A stretch of DNA of 20,000 bases, from the IMG/VR virus record IMGVR_UViG_3300025621_000004; one strand, given 5' to 3'. Positions within the stretch are counted from its first letter, which is position 1, and every line of letters starts with the position of its first letter. The notes under the pieces were generated by a model, which was not told where the DNA came from, searched no databases, and saw only the letters and a list, made by a program, of their open reading frames with translations. Below, one piece after another: positions 17,542 through 20,000 of this stretch. The translations under genes and the position numbers were made by a program. Source of the DNA: an uncultured virus (IMG/VR IMGVR_UViG_3300025621_000004). Its lineage: Duplodnaviria; Heunggongvirae; Uroviricota; Caudoviricetes.

Positions 17542-17769
17542 ATGACAAACTCAATAAAACGTATCATCGACAATCCTTACGGATCAAAGTTCACCTCTAC
17601 TGACACCGAGACTGGCGTCACAGTAGAGATCAAGGAAGCTACTGCAAGTGCTTTCGCGAAATTCACCTCTGGTGTGTTTCTCACCACTCGCGCTGAAGTC
17701 AACCTCAAGTCAGTCTCAGTTAGTGCTGAGATTTTCCCTGGCACTACTGCTGCCCTCGCCTCACTCTAA
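17542..17769 (+). CDS. Hypothetical early protein (75 aa)
   Basis: First ORF after promoter module copy 3. Confidence 0.7.
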   Translation: MTNSIKRIIDNPYGSKFTSTDTETGVTVEIKEATASAFAKFTSGVFLTTRAEVNLKSVSVSAEIFPGTTAALASL

Positions 17770-17791
17770 TCCACGAAAGGAAATTTACATT

Positions 17792-18073
17792 ATGAATACA
17801 CGTACATCAGACTCATACGTCGACACAGTTCACCACCACACACGAGCGGGCAAAAAGCTTGTTGCTGCCTATAGAGCCAAAGTCAAGGCTGAAGATAAGC
17901 TTAATGGAACCTCTCGTCGAGTAATGCTTCAAGGTCGCATGGGTGTTGCTAATCCAAACGCTCATAAGTACTCTGTAAAGAATCCACCAAACGTTTGGTC
18001 TGGCTCACACTCTCATCAGTGTATCAAACTCGCTGACGCGGCTACCGCAGACGTCTACATCTACGACCGTTAA
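17792..18073 (+). CDS. Hypothetical early protein (93 aa)
   Basis: Start moved to ATG 17792 (AAAGGA upstream); RVMLQGRMG..NPNA…DA..ADVYIY.R resembles a small-protein family of T4-like phages. Confidence 0.75.
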   Translation: MNTRTSDSYVDTVHHHTRAGKKLVAAYRAKVKAEDKLNGTSRRVMLQGRMGVANPNAHKYSVKNPPNVWSGSHSHQCIKLADAATADVYIYDR

Positions 18074-18088
18074 TCTATAAAATATATT

Positions 18089-18433
18089 ATGAAAATTACT
18101 AAAGAAATGGAATCAGCTCTTGATCGAGTTCGCGAAGCAATGATAGTTAAGTACGGTCTTTTTATGCAAGGAGACGAAGAACATGTCGTCGAGATGCGAG
18201 AAGAATTCGCAGACTCTATTGCATATGATATCGGCAATAAGTATATCAAAATCATCAAAGGTGGATCGGTTCACTCATTCATTGTTAACGTTGAAACTGA
18301 TAAGAAGTTTGCGTATGGAGATATTTTGAAAGCAGCTAGTTGGTCTGCACCAGCTCGAAACAAAGCCCGCGGAAGTATATTCAATGAGTCTGATATTAAA
18401 ACACGACTCTGCTGGACTGGAGTAAATTACTAA
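18089..18433 (+). CDS. Conserved phage hypothetical protein
   Basis: KYIKI…SVHSFI…GDILKAASWSAPA…ARGSI motif, recognisable from many aquatic phages; function unknown. Confidence 0.8.
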   Translation: MKITKEMESALDRVREAMIVKYGLFMQGDEEHVVEMREEFADSIAYDIGNKYIKIIKGGSVHSFIVNVETDKKFAYGDILKAASWSAPARNKARGSIFNESDIKTRLCWTGVNY

Positions 18434-18434
18434 T

Positions 18435-18872
18435 ATGAAAACATACATTAAAACATACGACCTCTCAAAGGTTTGGCCTCCGACAGCTACACTTCAGTTT
18501 TGCATGAAGAACAACTTTAGTCGTGGACTCAAGTCTGACGAATACAACGACTCAAGCGTGATCAAGCAGCAGCTAGAAGATTGCCTTAAGAACGACGAAG
18601 GATATCTCATTCTCGCTCATAGCGGTGGCAAATACACTGGTTGGGGTATGGCATACAAGAAAGACGATGCTCGACGAAGTAAAGGTTTTCAGTGCTATGT
18701 AATGCCTCGTCAACGGAGAAAGGGAATTGGCACTCGTCTCTTAGAAAAGGCGTGCAGCATTGTTGGTCGAGTAGAAGTTTATGATCATGCCACTAGCAAT
18801 AAGTTTTTTAAAGCAAATGGAATTACATGCTGTGAAGCAATCACAGGCAATCGATTAAAGAAAAAGGTATAA
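18435..18872 (+). CDS. GNAT-family N-acetyltransferase
   Basis: Acetyl-CoA-binding motif A YVMPRQRRKGIGTRLL and motif B-like KFFKANG. Confidence 0.8.
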   Translation: MKTYIKTYDLSKVWPPTATLQFCMKNNFSRGLKSDEYNDSSVIKQQLEDCLKNDEGYLILAHSGGKYTGWGMAYKKDDARRSKGFQCYVMPRQRRKGIGTRLLEKACSIVGRVEVYDHATSNKFFKANGITCCEAITGNRLKKKV

Positions 18873-18873
18873 C

Positions 18874-19038
18874 ATGACAGCGAAAGAACGAATGAAAGCT
18901 TGGGAAAACCTAGGTGAACCAAAACCTAATTGGGAAACATTCAAACGAATGATGAGTGTGCTTGATAATAACCCTTTAGTTGTAAGAACACTGTGGCTAA
19001 AGAAGAACTCTCAATCTAAAGTAACAATCACACAATAA
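18874..19038 (+). CDS. Hypothetical protein (54 aa; not in the ORF track)
   Basis: Hand translation MTAKERMKAWENLGEPKPNWETFKRMMSVLDNNPLVVRTLWLKKNSQSKVTITQ; tightly packed between neighbours. Confidence 0.65.
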   Translation: MTAKERMKAWENLGEPKPNWETFKRMMSVLDNNPLVVRTLWLKKNSQSKVTITQ

Positions 19039-19040
19039 TT

Positions 19041-19163
19041 ATGAAAGATCCATATAAAGCAGAAGAAGCATTAGGCATGATACTTATCACGCTCTTTGGA
19101 GTGTGTGTAGTTGGTTTAATAGTCGCAACAATAGGAGCAATTGCATCGGCATTCAATCTATAA
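19041..19163 (+). CDS. Small single-pass membrane protein (40 aa; not in the ORF track)
   Basis: Hand translation MKDPYKAEEALGMILITLFGVCVVGLIVATIGAIASAFNL. Confidence 0.65.
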   Translation: MKDPYKAEEALGMILITLFGVCVVGLIVATIGAIASAFNL

Positions 19164-19166
19164 ATA
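19159..19166 (+). promoter_or_regulatory. T4-type late promoter
   Basis: TATAAATA followed after 5 nt by ATG 19172. Confidence 0.7.
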
Positions 19167-19171
19167 ACATT

Positions 19172-19417
19172 ATGAAAACAATAAAAAAAGATTTCATTAC
19201 AGGAGCTGTAGTGATAACGATTGTATTAGCCTCGATGGTTAATGCAGCACCTCAACCTATTTCAGAAATGGAAACAACTCCTCGCAACTGTTGCTGTTGC
19301 TGTTGTTGTTGTCAAAATAAAGATGAAGTCATTTATACATCTGATGATGCTCAACAAGAGCCATCTACTTATCCAGTAGGTGAACCACCTTCACGCCCAG
19401 TTATCCTCTCACGCTAA
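19172..19417 (+). CDS. Secreted or membrane-anchored peptide with an 8-cysteine run (81 aa)
   Basis: Start moved to ATG 19172; MKTIKK + hydrophobic stretch + VNA|A signal-peptide-like N-terminus; CCCCCCCC at 19289-19312. Confidence 0.65.
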   Translation: MKTIKKDFITGAVVITIVLASMVNAAPQPISEMETTPRNCCCCCCCCQNKDEVIYTSDDAQQEPSTYPVGEPPSRPVILSR

Positions 19418-19421
19418 TAAT

Positions 19422-19790
19422 ATGGAACAAAACCTATATCACTACAAAGCCCATATCACGAAAGTGTATGATGGCGATACTGTAACAGCAGATATCCACC
19501 TTGGTTTTAATATGGTCATGCGTAAACAAAAACTACGTTTACTCGGCATCGATACACCTGAGATTCGAGGTGAAGAACGAGCTGAAGGTCTGGTATCTCG
19601 AGATCGCTTGGCTGAACTCATTCTTAATACTGATGTTCACATCGTAACGCATCAAGATAAGAGCGGTAAATACGGCCGATGGTTAGTAACGATCTATGCG
19701 CAATTTCGCGATTTAGATAAAGACGAAACTAATTGGATAAACTGTAACGACCTCCTACTCAACGAAAATTTAGCAAAGGTTTACAAATAA
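19422..19790 (+). CDS. Thermonuclease (SNase-like) family protein
   Basis: KVYDGDTV, RLLGIDTPE, DKSGKYGRWL motifs; start moved to ATG 19422. Confidence 0.9.
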   Translation: MEQNLYHYKAHITKVYDGDTVTADIHLGFNMVMRKQKLRLLGIDTPEIRGEERAEGLVSRDRLAELILNTDVHIVTHQDKSGKYGRWLVTIYAQFRDLDKDETNWINCNDLLLNENLAKVYK

Positions 19791-20000
19791 TGTATAACGG
19801 TAAATACGATAACGAAGACACTCGAGAAGTATACGACAACAAGTGCACTGTGCTGCGCGAAGATACCAAAGCTGAAGTTGACGGAGATGTCATCCTCTTC
19901 AGGCCGAAGGAATTCTTAAAGGTTGTGATTGGTAAATCAGTTATGCTCAACCTTCAATACGAACCATCATATGGTGGTTACATTGGCGAAAAATCGAAGA
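19790..20000 (+). CDS. Hypothetical protein, truncated at the window end
   Basis: TAATG-coupled ORF MYNGKYDNEDTREVYDNKCTVLREDTKAEVDGDVILFRPKEFLKVVIGKSVMLNLQYEPSYGGYIGEKSK…, open to the end. Confidence 0.7.
   Translation, partial: MYNGKYDNEDTREVYDNKCTVLREDTKAEVDGDVILFRPKEFLKVVIGKSVMLNLQYEPSYGGYIGEKSK

Noticed and set aside
18076..18084. Possible late promoter before ORF 18089
   Set aside because: Sequence is TATAAAATA, not TATAAATA, and sits inside an apparent early operon
19779..19810. GTTTACA as a -35 box at the end of the nuclease gene
   Set aside because: No acceptable -10 at 16-18 bp spacing
1099..19950. All minus-strand ORFs in the track (e.g. 1099-1392, 5502-5945, 9170-9511, 12231-12623, 19759-19950)
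   Set aside because: They lie antisense to well-supported + strand genes and show no motifs; shadow ORFs
1..20000. CRISPR array, tRNA, intron/intein, homing endonuclease, transposase or stop-codon recoding
   Set aside because: No regularly spaced repeats or cloverleafs seen; core genes are uninterrupted and of normal length in the standard code

Overview
A 20-kb segment of a T4-like (myovirus-type) phage genome, probably aquatic, with every credible gene on the + strand. It holds the replication/recombination core: gp47, gp46, gp45 clamp, gp44/gp62 clamp loader, regA and gp43 family-B polymerase. Accessory genes are interspersed: a HEXXH+VWA protein with a CobS/MoxR-type AAA+ ATPase, a dATP/dGTP diphosphohydrolase-like protein, a DUF2061-like membrane protein between gp44 and gp62, DUF1353, Hsp20, putative virion proteins, a MazG-like NTP pyrophosphatase, an AEP/prim-pol-like protein, and a small-ORF cluster with a GNAT, an octa-cysteine secreted peptide and an SNase-like nuclease. 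The most unusual signals are regulatory. (1) A ~125-bp promoter module occurs three times with fixed spacing: CAATTTT box, IHF-consensus-like site, -35, 17 bp, TATAAT. (2) Six early or late promoters place the predicted transcription start on or next to the ATG, suggesting leaderless mRNAs for gp45, gp44, gp43 and others. (3) The hsp20 5' UTR has three hairpins, one sequestering its AGGAGG like a ROSE RNA thermometer. Family assignments come from motif recognition by eye; no database searches were run.
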